Sequence record: MN445185.1
DNA length: 64,000 bases
Reading direction: 5' to 3' (one strand)
The position numbers and the translations under genes are program-made. Positions within the stretch are counted from its first letter, which is position 1. Every line of letters begins with the position of its first letter. The notes beneath the pieces were generated by a model, which made no database searches, was not told the origin of the DNA, and was given only the letters and a program-made list of their open reading frames with translations. Positions 54,662 through 63,192 of the stretch are shown here, in pieces.

Positions 54662-54738
54662 TTTCAGATATATATTACTTAGGTGAGAGTTAACAATTAA
54701 CTCTTATCTAATCGACCATTATCTTAAGGAGTTTTAAC
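54662..54738 (+). promoter_or_regulatory. Early promoter-hairpin-leader cassette, copy 3
   Basis: TTTCAGATATATATTACTTAGG; hairpin 54684-54706; TAATCGACCATTATCTTAAGGAG. Confidence 0.8.
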
Positions 54739-55185
54739 ATGTACATTCTGAATAACGAACTTACTAAATACGCTAGCAAAAACCCGATTATGGTTTCTTT
54801 CCTAATCGTGATGGCGGCCAACAAACAAGACCCTAGCGAATTCACTACTGAGGACTTCGAAGAGATTATCGCCAACGCCAAAGAAGCCACGTTCCAGACT
54901 ACGGAACCCACACGTGACGAGTTCCCTCTAGGTGAAGCCGGTGACGTAATGTTTAACGACATGGTTGCTTCGTATTACATCAGTAGACGTGGTATGGAAA
55001 TCGAATACGACGAACTTCCTACTAGCAGCTTTGCTGAAATGATTCGTGATTATCGTCGTCAAGTTGTCTCTGACGATGTTGTAAAGAAATACATGGCACA
55101 AATCAGTCCATTCAGTCTTGAATTCGAAAACCGCGCGGTTGCCTTAGCGACGCATCGCCTGCGTTTAGAAAAAGAAGTACACTAA
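54739..55185 (+). CDS. Hypothetical acidic early protein
   Basis: 148 aa directly under the early cassette. Confidence 0.8.
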   Translation: MYILNNELTKYASKNPIMVSFLIVMAANKQDPSEFTTEDFEEIIANAKEATFQTTEPTRDEFPLGEAGDVMFNDMVASYYISRRGMEIEYDELPTSSFAEMIRDYRRQVVSDDVVKKYMAQISPFSLEFENRAVALATHRLRLEKEVH

Positions 55186-55246
55186 TAATAACCCGGCGGG
55201 CAAAGTCCCGCCAATTCACCCGCAATCTACAAAAAAGGAATATCCC

Positions 55247-55465
55247 ATGCGCAACCTGTTCTCCAAATCTGAAATCAAACCTGTTGTTGAAACCGCAGCC
55301 AAACGTAAGCCCGACATGATTGACCTGCTGCTGAAAATGTCTGCAGCAGAAGCCAAAGCTTTCATGAATACAATGAAAGACGACGAAAAAAAGATTGACA
55401 ATGTTGAAGTAACCTATGGTGTTAAAGACCGCCCAAAGAATAACGACCTTGTGTGGGTCTGTTAA
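55247..55465 (+). CDS. Hypothetical protein
   Basis: 72 aa, AAGGA RBS. Confidence 0.7.
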   Translation: MRNLFSKSEIKPVVETAAKRKPDMIDLLLKMSAAEAKAFMNTMKDDEKKIDNVEVTYGVKDRPKNNDLVWVC

Positions 55466-55494
55466 TCGACGATTGAGGATATAGTCGTGAAGAA

Positions 55495-55540
55495 AAGGGA
55501 GCTTCGGCTCCCCTTCTTTTTTTGTTTCCTTTTCTTTTTT
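55495..55540 (+). terminator. Rho-independent terminator
   Basis: GGGAGC-TTCG-GCTCCC followed by a long T-rich tract. Confidence 0.85.
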
Positions 55541-55562
55541 GTTTGCTCTTGTTCAGATTCTG

Positions 55563-55585
55563 GTACGCGCTACGCTTTTAATATG
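55563..55585 (+). promoter_or_regulatory. GTAC-N15-TATG late-type promoter candidate
   Basis: Upstream of the paralog array. Confidence 0.5.
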
Positions 55586-55643
55586 CTGGCAGGAGGTCTA
55601 AAAATCTTACGACCTCAATAATCCCTTAACTCGAGTTAACGCG

Positions 55644-56441
55644 ATGTCTTTTACTTCAAAACAGAATCTGCTAAAACTCATCAACGAAGAGAATAAGATA
55701 AGCCCACCGCTTACCTTTGACGATGTTGATATCGGACTGCCGGAGGTTGTGTCAGTAGACGGTCGTGATTCGGAGGTGGTACTAACCTCGAAAATGCGCG
55801 GTGATGAAGGTACGCAAGTGATTGTGGACTACCATCGTCGTCCATTAGAGGACTACCTTACAGGCGATGTTGCCTTTGGCGATGAAGATGTGCATACCAC
55901 GCACGACTTACTCGCGGCGATTAACGAGCGTTTTAATCTGTCTATCTTACCTGAGGATATCGAAGATAACCCCATTGAAGGACAGACGCACACAGTCGTT
56001 GCTGTTGAAACTTCCCACGAGTGGAGAAGTCAAGCGGTCATCGAGCTGAAACCTGCTACACCTCTGGCAGAAGTAATAACCAATACAGAGTTGAGCGGTC
56101 TTCTGTACCCGGATCACCAGGACATCCAGTTGGGTCAGGCGTATATCTATTCGCGCGACATCGATTGTAGCCACATCTCTCGTTTCCTGAGCCTCTTAGC
56201 GGTCGGTATCGAAGTAGATGACACGGCGTTAGCAATCGAACTCAACAAATGTGTTCCTGAGATTTGGGTGGCTGAAGATACCCCATCCCCGTATAACTTG
56301 CGTGGTGCTACTGTCGTATTCGACGGCGTACCTGCAGACTTACCGGGAGCAAATACGGCGTTCGCGAAAGTCGTGTCAGTGCAACTGACCGATAAATGTA
56401 CGAACTTCCAGGGCAGCCTCAACTTACACTTTAACAACTAG
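55644..56441 (+). CDS. Virion structural protein, paralog array member 1
   Basis: SKQNLLKLINEEN, VDYHRRPL, INERFNLSI..EDI, LSGLLYP, QAYIYS..ID, YNLRGATVVFDG, C.NFQGSLNLHFN. Confidence 0.8.
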   Translation: MSFTSKQNLLKLINEENKISPPLTFDDVDIGLPEVVSVDGRDSEVVLTSKMRGDEGTQVIVDYHRRPLEDYLTGDVAFGDEDVHTTHDLLAAINERFNLSILPEDIEDNPIEGQTHTVVAVETSHEWRSQAVIELKPATPLAEVITNTELSGLLYPDHQDIQLGQAYIYSRDIDCSHISRFLSLLAVGIEVDDTALAIELNKCVPEIWVAEDTPSPYNLRGATVVFDGVPADLPGANTAFAKVVSVQLTDKCTNFQGSLNLHFNN

Positions 56442-56451
56442 GAGGGTATAG

Positions 56452-57294
56452 GTGTCTATTTACGATAAGCCCTCGAAAGAGATGTTGTTAGATGCTATTA
56501 ACCGACAGAACGGATTAACGGCCAATCCACTCACATGGGAGCAGGTTGCAACTGGCTTCCCTGAGTCTGTCCAAACGCCTGGCGCTGACCGGAATACACG
56601 TGTACTCTTATACGGGTTGAACGGCAAGGGCTACAAAGGCAACGTTACGCTCGAATACGACCGTATCGAAATGGAAATTCTGTTCAGGAACGTAATACCG
56701 GTAGTCGTTGCCGACCCGGTAAATAAACTCTCTGAGTTGTTGCCGTTTCTGAATGCGAAATACGGCTTGTCTTTAGTTGCCGATGATATCGTTGACCAGT
56801 CAGTAAAAGATTTGGGAGAAAGCTGGTTAATCGATGTGACTATTAAGCCCGGTTGCTTGGCCTGGCAAGGTGGTTTCCGTTTACGCTTTGCGAAGTTCTT
56901 CCCGAACCTGGCGGATGTGGTGACGGATGTTGACCTCAGCGCAATTATCGCACCGTTCGTGGTTGCTAGTAAACCGCAGGCTGAATATGTGGCGTATGGT
57001 TACGATTGGACTGAACTGCAAAAACAGTTCACTACCGATTGGGCTTACAACCGTGCAATCACTGCAGCGGATGTTGAGTTGTTGAATGAAGTGGTGCCAT
57101 TAAAGTTTGCATATGTGACGGGGGCGAATGCGCAACCTGAACAAATTGCACTCCAAGGTGCACGATTTATGGGGATAACTTCAGTCACACCGAACGATAG
57201 TTACAACCCCGATTATCAGCGTGTGGCGATTATCAAGCTAGCTGCGGACAGCAACTACGCCGGTAATCTCATCCTTCATTATCTCCCGATATAA
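56452..57294 (+). CDS. Virion structural protein, paralog array member 2
   Basis: GYKGNVTLEYDRI, LNAKYGLSLVADDI, YAGNLILHY. Confidence 0.8.
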   Translation: MSIYDKPSKEMLLDAINRQNGLTANPLTWEQVATGFPESVQTPGADRNTRVLLYGLNGKGYKGNVTLEYDRIEMEILFRNVIPVVVADPVNKLSELLPFLNAKYGLSLVADDIVDQSVKDLGESWLIDVTIKPGCLAWQGGFRLRFAKFFPNLADVVTDVDLSAIIAPFVVASKPQAEYVAYGYDWTELQKQFTTDWAYNRAITAADVELLNEVVPLKFAYVTGANAQPEQIALQGARFMGITSVTPNDSYNPDYQRVAIIKLAADSNYAGNLILHYLPI

Positions 57295-57304
57295 GGATTT
57301 TGAC

Positions 57305-58150
57305 ATGCCACTTTTAGCCACAGCTGAAAAGATTATTATCGCGGAGGTTAACGTCGAAAACAATCTCGACTTAAAAGTCGAGGATGTTGTTTTTGGTGTC
57401 CCTGCGATTCCAACGTCTGACGAAGACTTGGCAAAAGCTAACGGTCACAACGCGATGGTGCGTATTCAGGCATTGGCCACGGCTAATGCTATCGGTGCCA
57501 CTACCGTGTACTACGATCGTGTTGACTTCGCAGACATGTTTACCGATCCGGACGGGATTCAACCTTTACGTGTTCCTGCACGTCTCGATGCTGTTTACCA
57601 GATGCATGACGTGGTCGGGTTAATTAACCAGTATTACGGTCTCAGCCTTAAACCTGCAGATGTGGTGAATACCGAAATCGACAGGAAGACATGGCGTGTG
57701 GATCTGATTGCCACGCCCTCTTCTTTAGGTTGGATAGGGCAACAACAGGTACAGCTGTTACCAGGCGATGCGTTGCTTCCTGCAAACTTCGAACCCTTAA
57801 CAGTGATGCCTTACGAGTATCCGTATTTCAACATCAAGGTCGGTCAAGGTGCAGTTTATTCGTATCCCTGGCGCTTTGATAATTTCGCGGAGGAATTTCA
57901 ACGACTAGGTGCTGCGATAACCACAGAACGTCTGGCACAGATTCTCAAAACGGTCACCGGTGATAACTGGACAACATACCGTAACCCTATCGACTTTAAC
58001 CTTCGTGAAGCCGTCGTCGTCTATAACGGGCGTAACAAAGCGGAATTACCAACCAACCCAGCAGTCGACAACGTGCTGATTGTGGAGCTGTCGTTGTACT
58101 GTCTGAATTTTGGCGGGCGTTTGTATTTGCATTACAACGACCCTGATTAA
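57305..58150 (+). CDS. Virion structural protein, paralog array member 3
   Basis: TTVYYDRVDF, INQYYGLSL, SLGWIG, FNLREAVVVYNG, CLNFGGRLYLHYN. Confidence 0.8.
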   Translation: MPLLATAEKIIIAEVNVENNLDLKVEDVVFGVPAIPTSDEDLAKANGHNAMVRIQALATANAIGATTVYYDRVDFADMFTDPDGIQPLRVPARLDAVYQMHDVVGLINQYYGLSLKPADVVNTEIDRKTWRVDLIATPSSLGWIGQQQVQLLPGDALLPANFEPLTVMPYEYPYFNIKVGQGAVYSYPWRFDNFAEEFQRLGAAITTERLAQILKTVTGDNWTTYRNPIDFNLREAVVVYNGRNKAELPTNPAVDNVLIVELSLYCLNFGGRLYLHYNDPD

Positions 58151-58171
58151 TCCTGAGTAAAGGAAGTAAGA

Positions 58172-59083
58172 ATGAAACCTTTAAACAAAACGTCCGATAA
58201 GCTGGTTCTGGATTTTATTAATGAGAAAAACCCAGACGCAGAACTGGAACTTTCTAAAATAACGCTCGGCACACCGACCCCTATTACCGATGAAGGTGCT
58301 GATCGCAATACCAGCATGACCCTGACTGCGAAAAAGAACTCCGGGTACATCGGTACTCAGGACGTGACTTATAATCGCCTGGAAGGCGGTGCGCTGTTCC
58401 GTAATGTAACCGCATACCTCGACGTTAAACTGCCGAAAACCACCACCGACCTGCTGACGACCCTGAACACCCAATACGGATTGAAGCTGACCGAAGACGA
58501 TATCGTTCCGGCGGCTATTCCGGAAAATACCAACCCGCCGCTGACTAACCCGAACGATCCGGACCCAGCACCGGTTGACCACGTCATTACCTTCAAAGAA
58601 GACTGCTACGCTTATCTGGGCAGCATCCCGGTTAAAATCGGTGCTAAGCCTCAGGTTGGTGAACGTCTGAGTCTGGTGGTAACACAAACCAAGCTCGACG
58701 GCTTGGTTTACCCAGATGGTCCAAGCGAAGCGAAGGGTCAGGGCTACATCTACTCTTACGGTGTAGACTGCACAGCAATCGCAGCATTCCTGAAAGTACA
58801 GGCGAAAGGTGTTATCGCTGGCGACTCTGCATTCCCGGTTGAGCTGAATAAAGTTGTGCCGGAACTGTGGGTTGCATCTGATGAGCCTGCGGATTATAAC
58901 CTGAAAGGCGCTAACGTGTTGTACGTTGGTTCTACTACTGACGATGGCACTGCTTCAGGCGACGAACCTAAGAAACCGGTTGAAGGTGCAAACACTGCTT
59001 ACAACCAGGTTCTGCTGCTGCAGCTGGATGACACTCTGTGCACCAACTTCCAGGGTATCATGTACCTGCACTTTAATGCCTAA
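58172..59083 (+). CDS. Virion structural protein, paralog array member 4
   Basis: GYIGTQDVTYNRL, LNTQYGLKL, LDGLVYP, YNLKGANVLY, CTNFQGIMYLHFN; highly optimised codons. Confidence 0.8.
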   Translation: MKPLNKTSDKLVLDFINEKNPDAELELSKITLGTPTPITDEGADRNTSMTLTAKKNSGYIGTQDVTYNRLEGGALFRNVTAYLDVKLPKTTTDLLTTLNTQYGLKLTEDDIVPAAIPENTNPPLTNPNDPDPAPVDHVITFKEDCYAYLGSIPVKIGAKPQVGERLSLVVTQTKLDGLVYPDGPSEAKGQGYIYSYGVDCTAIAAFLKVQAKGVIAGDSAFPVELNKVVPELWVASDEPADYNLKGANVLYVGSTTDDGTASGDEPKKPVEGANTAYNQVLLLQLDDTLCTNFQGIMYLHFNA

Positions 59084-59092
59084 TTAGGCCTC

Positions 59093-59136
59093 GCTGGGAG
59101 GAGGAAATCCTCCTCCTGGCTACTCCTTTCTTTTTT
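59093..59136 (+). terminator. Rho-independent terminator (internal to array)
   Basis: GGAGGAGG-AAAT-CCTCCTCC followed by a T-rich tract. Confidence 0.7.
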
Positions 59137-59152
59137 GGCCGAGGAGGCTATT

Positions 59153-59992
59153 ATGGCTTTATATAGTCTGTCTCAGCGACAATATCTGTACGATGCGATT
59201 AATGCCGAAAACCCGGATGCTGTGCTACCGATGGGTTTAGACAATGCTATCATCGGCACGCCGAAAGCAATCACACCGACAGCAAGCGGTGCCAATACTG
59301 AGATTATCATTCGTGGTCGTCAAGGTCGTGGCTATATCGGTCCTCAGACGTTCCGTTATAAGCGCTTGTCGCTGAACGACTTATTTAAGAACATGACACC
59401 TCAGGTAACTGCACCGAATGCCTACGGTTGGTTGAACGTGGAGTCGAAACGTACTGCGTTTGCGCAGAACCTGAACGGTCGTTATGGATTAAACCTGGTT
59501 GCAGATGATATCCCAGAACAATACGTTTATCTGAACGTAAACAACACGATGCGTATTAACGCTAGCTGTATCCAATACACTGGCAGCATCACCTTTATGT
59601 CTATCCGGGGTAAGAATAGCCTCGAAGACCTCGTGGTAAACGACATCTTGTTGGCTTTGAACCACCCTGCAGCAGCAAGCACTGGTAAGAAATACATGGG
59701 CTTCTTGACGTACGGGGAAGACTTTACTGACGAAGTGCAGGTTATGGCCTCGTTTAAGAACGGGCGAATGGACGTAGGAAGTAACTTTGATTTGGGTTAC
59801 ACGTCCAATCTGATGGCCACATTGGTCGCACGTGGGGTACCGTCGTTTGATCCGACGAACTGCACAATTACCCGCTACAAAACGAGTGAGTTGGCGACCG
59901 CCAATAAAGCGTACGATAACGTATTGCTGATTACCGGCATTCAGAACGACCCGAAAGTAATCGGCGAGTGTATGTTGCACTACAACAACTAG
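59153..59992 (+). CDS. Virion structural protein, paralog array member 5
   Basis: GYIGPQTFRYKRL, LNGRYGLNLVADDI, ANKAYDNVL, CMLHYN. Confidence 0.8.
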   Translation: MALYSLSQRQYLYDAINAENPDAVLPMGLDNAIIGTPKAITPTASGANTEIIIRGRQGRGYIGPQTFRYKRLSLNDLFKNMTPQVTAPNAYGWLNVESKRTAFAQNLNGRYGLNLVADDIPEQYVYLNVNNTMRINASCIQYTGSITFMSIRGKNSLEDLVVNDILLALNHPAAASTGKKYMGFLTYGEDFTDEVQVMASFKNGRMDVGSNFDLGYTSNLMATLVARGVPSFDPTNCTITRYKTSELATANKAYDNVLLITGIQNDPKVIGECMLHYNN

Positions 59993-60002
59993 GAATTAGC
60001 GA

Positions 60003-60890
60003 ATGGCTATTTATCAACCTTCTAAAGACGTCCTGTTGGCAGCAGTGAACGCACAGAACTCGCTTGCTGTTAAGATGACTGACATCATCTGGTCCTCGCC
60101 AAAGGACATCCGTGGTACGGAGAAGGAAACGCTGACTAACCGTAACACGCAAATTAAAATTACGGCAGATGGGGTAACGGGCTCTACCTGGTCGGGTAAG
60201 AAAAATGTCTTCTACAACCGCATGAAAGTCGAAGACTTGTTAGTGCTGATCGGTGACACGTTGGCGATCGGCCCATCCAACGAAACCTTGTATGCGGCCA
60301 TTCCTGGACTGAACCAACGTTACGGTTTTGTTCTGGAAGAAGCTGACCTGCAGGACGCAGATATCGAATGGAACGGTGATAAGACCGAAGGAACTGTGCG
60401 CGTTGTTGCACATCCGGAGTCTATCGGTTGGGTTGGACAGGCGACATTTAAAGTCGTGAAAGGTGATGAGTCGTTAGTCTCTGCAGTCACCACTAACGTC
60501 CTGACCGGTCTGAAATACCCGAACGGTCAGATGGGTTCCGAAAATGTTACTGCGGTCATTGCAGAGGTTTATTCCTACCCGTACAACTTCACCAAATACC
60601 GTGATACTCTGCTGGCATACACGCCAGGTATTCTGTCCGGACAGCCGTTGACGGATATGGTTAACATGCTGAAATATATTACGGGTACGGCATGGGTAGC
60701 GACCACCTCCGCTTCCTACGGTTTGGCGGGTGCGGAGGTTATCAGCGTTGGTCTGAATGACCCTGTTGCAATGCCGACAAACGCGAAGTACAAGTATGCG
60801 CTGGTGTTGAAACTGCCTGTTACCTGTACCACCATCGTCGGAACGTTGTATCTCCAGTTCAACGATCTGGACGATCCAAGCGAGGTATAA
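60003..60890 (+). CDS. Virion structural protein, paralog array member 6
   Basis: PSKDVLLAAVNAQN, VFYNRM, LNQRYG, SIGWVG, LTGLKYP, GTLYLQFN. Confidence 0.8.
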   Translation: MAIYQPSKDVLLAAVNAQNSLAVKMTDIIWSSPKDIRGTEKETLTNRNTQIKITADGVTGSTWSGKKNVFYNRMKVEDLLVLIGDTLAIGPSNETLYAAIPGLNQRYGFVLEEADLQDADIEWNGDKTEGTVRVVAHPESIGWVGQATFKVVKGDESLVSAVTTNVLTGLKYPNGQMGSENVTAVIAEVYSYPYNFTKYRDTLLAYTPGILSGQPLTDMVNMLKYITGTAWVATTSASYGLAGAEVISVGLNDPVAMPTNAKYKYALVLKLPVTCTTIVGTLYLQFNDLDDPSEV

Positions 60891-60893
60891 TTG

Positions 60894-61721
60894 ATGATCA
60901 ACTATGCTAAGCCGTCAAACGAGTTGGTCTTTGACCTCATTAACCGGGATAACCCAAACCTACCTATTAAAGCGTCGCCGGCAAACTGCTACGTGGAGAA
61001 AGTGACGCAGGTTCCCGTTAATGCAGCTTCCAACAACCGCAATACGTCGGCACGCTTGCGCGGTATTCAGGGTTCCGGATTTCGAGACGCAATCACCGTT
61101 TACTACGACCGTGTGAACTTAGCGCGGTTATTGCCGTGGGGTCCTTCTGTTCAGGCGCAGTTCGTCACGTTTGACGCGCCCAACCTCCACTCAGCCTTTT
61201 CGGTGCTCTTGGATACTTACGGAGTAAACTTCTCTGCAATCGATATCTATAACCTCCCACTGGCGGGTCCCAATACCCCAAATTACACCAATACACAGAA
61301 CATCGTAGCGCTATCGACATCTCCGGCTTATATCGGTTCTGCGACGTTGCGTTATAACCGTGGTTTACCGGTACTAGATACTTCGGTGAAAACGGATGTC
61401 TTGAATGCGATTCAAGAGCCTATTTCACCGTCTCTCGGTAAGAAGTGTATTGATTTGTTGACGTACGGTATTGACTTTACCGCGTATAAAAACCTACTGA
61501 CAGTAGATGCTTCTGGCCTACCGCAGTGGGCTGGTTTGCGTAAGGTGTTGGATGACCTGGGTATTCCGAACTACGCGGGGCCACTGAACAGTAACACCGT
61601 TCAGGATGTGCCGACATCCACCGCTCAGTTCGCTAACAAATCGTACGACCGCGTGGTTGTCCAAACGGGTATCGATGAGGAAGGCGTGAAAGGCGTGGCG
61701 TACTACCACTATAACAGCTAA
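60894..61721 (+). CDS. Virion structural protein, paralog array member 7
   Basis: PSNELVFDLINRDN, TVYYDRVNL, YGIDFT, ANKSYDRVV, AYYHYN. Confidence 0.8.
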   Translation: MINYAKPSNELVFDLINRDNPNLPIKASPANCYVEKVTQVPVNAASNNRNTSARLRGIQGSGFRDAITVYYDRVNLARLLPWGPSVQAQFVTFDAPNLHSAFSVLLDTYGVNFSAIDIYNLPLAGPNTPNYTNTQNIVALSTSPAYIGSATLRYNRGLPVLDTSVKTDVLNAIQEPISPSLGKKCIDLLTYGIDFTAYKNLLTVDASGLPQWAGLRKVLDDLGIPNYAGPLNSNTVQDVPTSTAQFANKSYDRVVVQTGIDEEGVKGVAYYHYNS

Positions 61722-61726
61722 GTGTA

Positions 61727-61751
61727 GGGGCTCTTCGGAGCCCCCTCTTTT
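61727..61751 (+). terminator. Rho-independent terminator
   Basis: GGGGCTC-TTCG-GAGCCCC followed by a short T-tract. Confidence 0.75.
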
Positions 61752-61768
61752 GGCGATGCGGAGTCCCT

Positions 61769-63181
61769 ATGCTATTTTACTCGAAGGAGTCGGCACTGCT
61801 TGTATACGACCAAGTCAATCGGGATAACCCTGATTTAGTTGTTAAGCTGACGCCGGCTATCGCTGCTTTAACCAGTGGCCCAACTTCAGTTACGTTAAAC
61901 CAACGTAACACCAAAGCTGTTTTCACCGGGTATCCAGGGACAGGTGTACAAGGTAATGTTACCGTGTACTACGACCGGATTAACCTGGCCTCTTTATTTA
62001 ATTTTGTGCCGACTGTGGCTATCAAAGATACAGTCTTAACGGTACGAGACGCGCTACCTGCAATAAACAACGCTTTGGGGCTTACATTAGTTGCTTCTGA
62101 TTTGCAGTCACCTGACGCAAGTTTACCTAAACCGAGCGCTTCGCCGCAGACGTTGAAATTAAATATCTCAGGTAATTGCCCTGCGTTTACAGGCAGCTTA
62201 ACGATACGTTATACCGTCCCGAGCGGTGCAATTTACCCCGATTCTGGACCTGGCCCTAAAACGTTGCTGCAAGGTAACACTATCGCGGGTTATTTCGGAA
62301 CAACCACAATTGCAGAGTTGTTTACACACTCTCAACTTCTTAATGCCACTATATCGGCCGGTGCGTTACCACCGGTACATTCTGGTGCCGAAGGTTGGTA
62401 CAAGTTCTTTTACCAGGGTAGGGTTATTTACCTTCCGATCAGTCCTGTCGCTAGCTCCATCTCCTGGAATACGTTATATACAAACGGACTCGTTTACGGA
62501 ACAGATGATAATGGTAAATACCCTGCGGCGACGCCCGTTAACCAGGGACGCATCATTAGCTTTACAGGCGCAGACAACAAAAGGTTTTACTTCCGTGTTC
62601 GTCTACCTAGTGCCGGGAAAGACCCATACGTCAGCGGCACCCCAACTGCCGCTGAGTTAGCAGGTAGTGAGTTTGAGATGTTCAACTTTCTGTATAATGG
62701 AACGTGGGACAAACCGATTAACAGTTACTGGACGCTGTTCTGTTTATTGAAAGATACACTGAAGACCAACGTCGCCAATCATCGCATGGCGACGTTGTCT
62801 GGAGCAAGTTGGACAAACTTAGAAAAATCATCGAGTGCGGGCAACTACTACTGGTTCCCGGTGCTGGAGTTGGTGGATAAGTCCACAGTTACCTTGGGTT
62901 TAGAAGATATCCATGGTGCGGTAGATTACAGTCTCCAACCGTGCAGCGTGTCCGCAGAAAACACATTTAGTCTCAAGCCGTTAGTGCTCGGTAATCCGGA
63001 TACTACCGATTTCGAACCGGTAGTTGTTACTTCAGAAAACAGTTTCGCACTGCATCCGCCTGCTTTAATGCTGCCGAAGACAGTCGACTTCCAACCTATT
63101 GCGGCTACCGCTGAAATGTATACGCCCCCTGACAAGACAACGTTAACGTCTCTTAACGGTGAACTGGACGGCTTTAAGTAG
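61769..63181 (+). CDS. Tail fibre/receptor-binding candidate: paralog N-domain plus a different C-domain
   Basis: N-domain motifs (VTVYYDRINL, INNALGL) fused to GYFG...WYKF...SW..LY..GLVYG...WFPVLEL domain. Confidence 0.7.
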   Translation: MLFYSKESALLVYDQVNRDNPDLVVKLTPAIAALTSGPTSVTLNQRNTKAVFTGYPGTGVQGNVTVYYDRINLASLFNFVPTVAIKDTVLTVRDALPAINNALGLTLVASDLQSPDASLPKPSASPQTLKLNISGNCPAFTGSLTIRYTVPSGAIYPDSGPGPKTLLQGNTIAGYFGTTTIAELFTHSQLLNATISAGALPPVHSGAEGWYKFFYQGRVIYLPISPVASSISWNTLYTNGLVYGTDDNGKYPAATPVNQGRIISFTGADNKRFYFRVRLPSAGKDPYVSGTPTAAELAGSEFEMFNFLYNGTWDKPINSYWTLFCLLKDTLKTNVANHRMATLSGASWTNLEKSSSAGNYYWFPVLELVDKSTVTLGLEDIHGAVDYSLQPCSVSAENTFSLKPLVLGNPDTTDFEPVVVTSENSFALHPPALMLPKTVDFQPIAATAEMYTPPDKTTLTSLNGELDGFK

Positions 63182-63192
63182 AGGTATCATCT

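Noticed and set aside
58181-59980. Minus-strand ORFs of 163-168 aa within the paralog array, and many similar short antisense or overlapping track ORFs elsewhere
   Set aside because: Fully nested in well-supported genes of the opposite strand or frame; no independent signals
55644-63181. Diversity-generating retroelement acting on the paralog array
   Set aside because: Paralogs are diverged at all positions; no near-identical TR/VR pair with adenine-specific differences and no RT in the window
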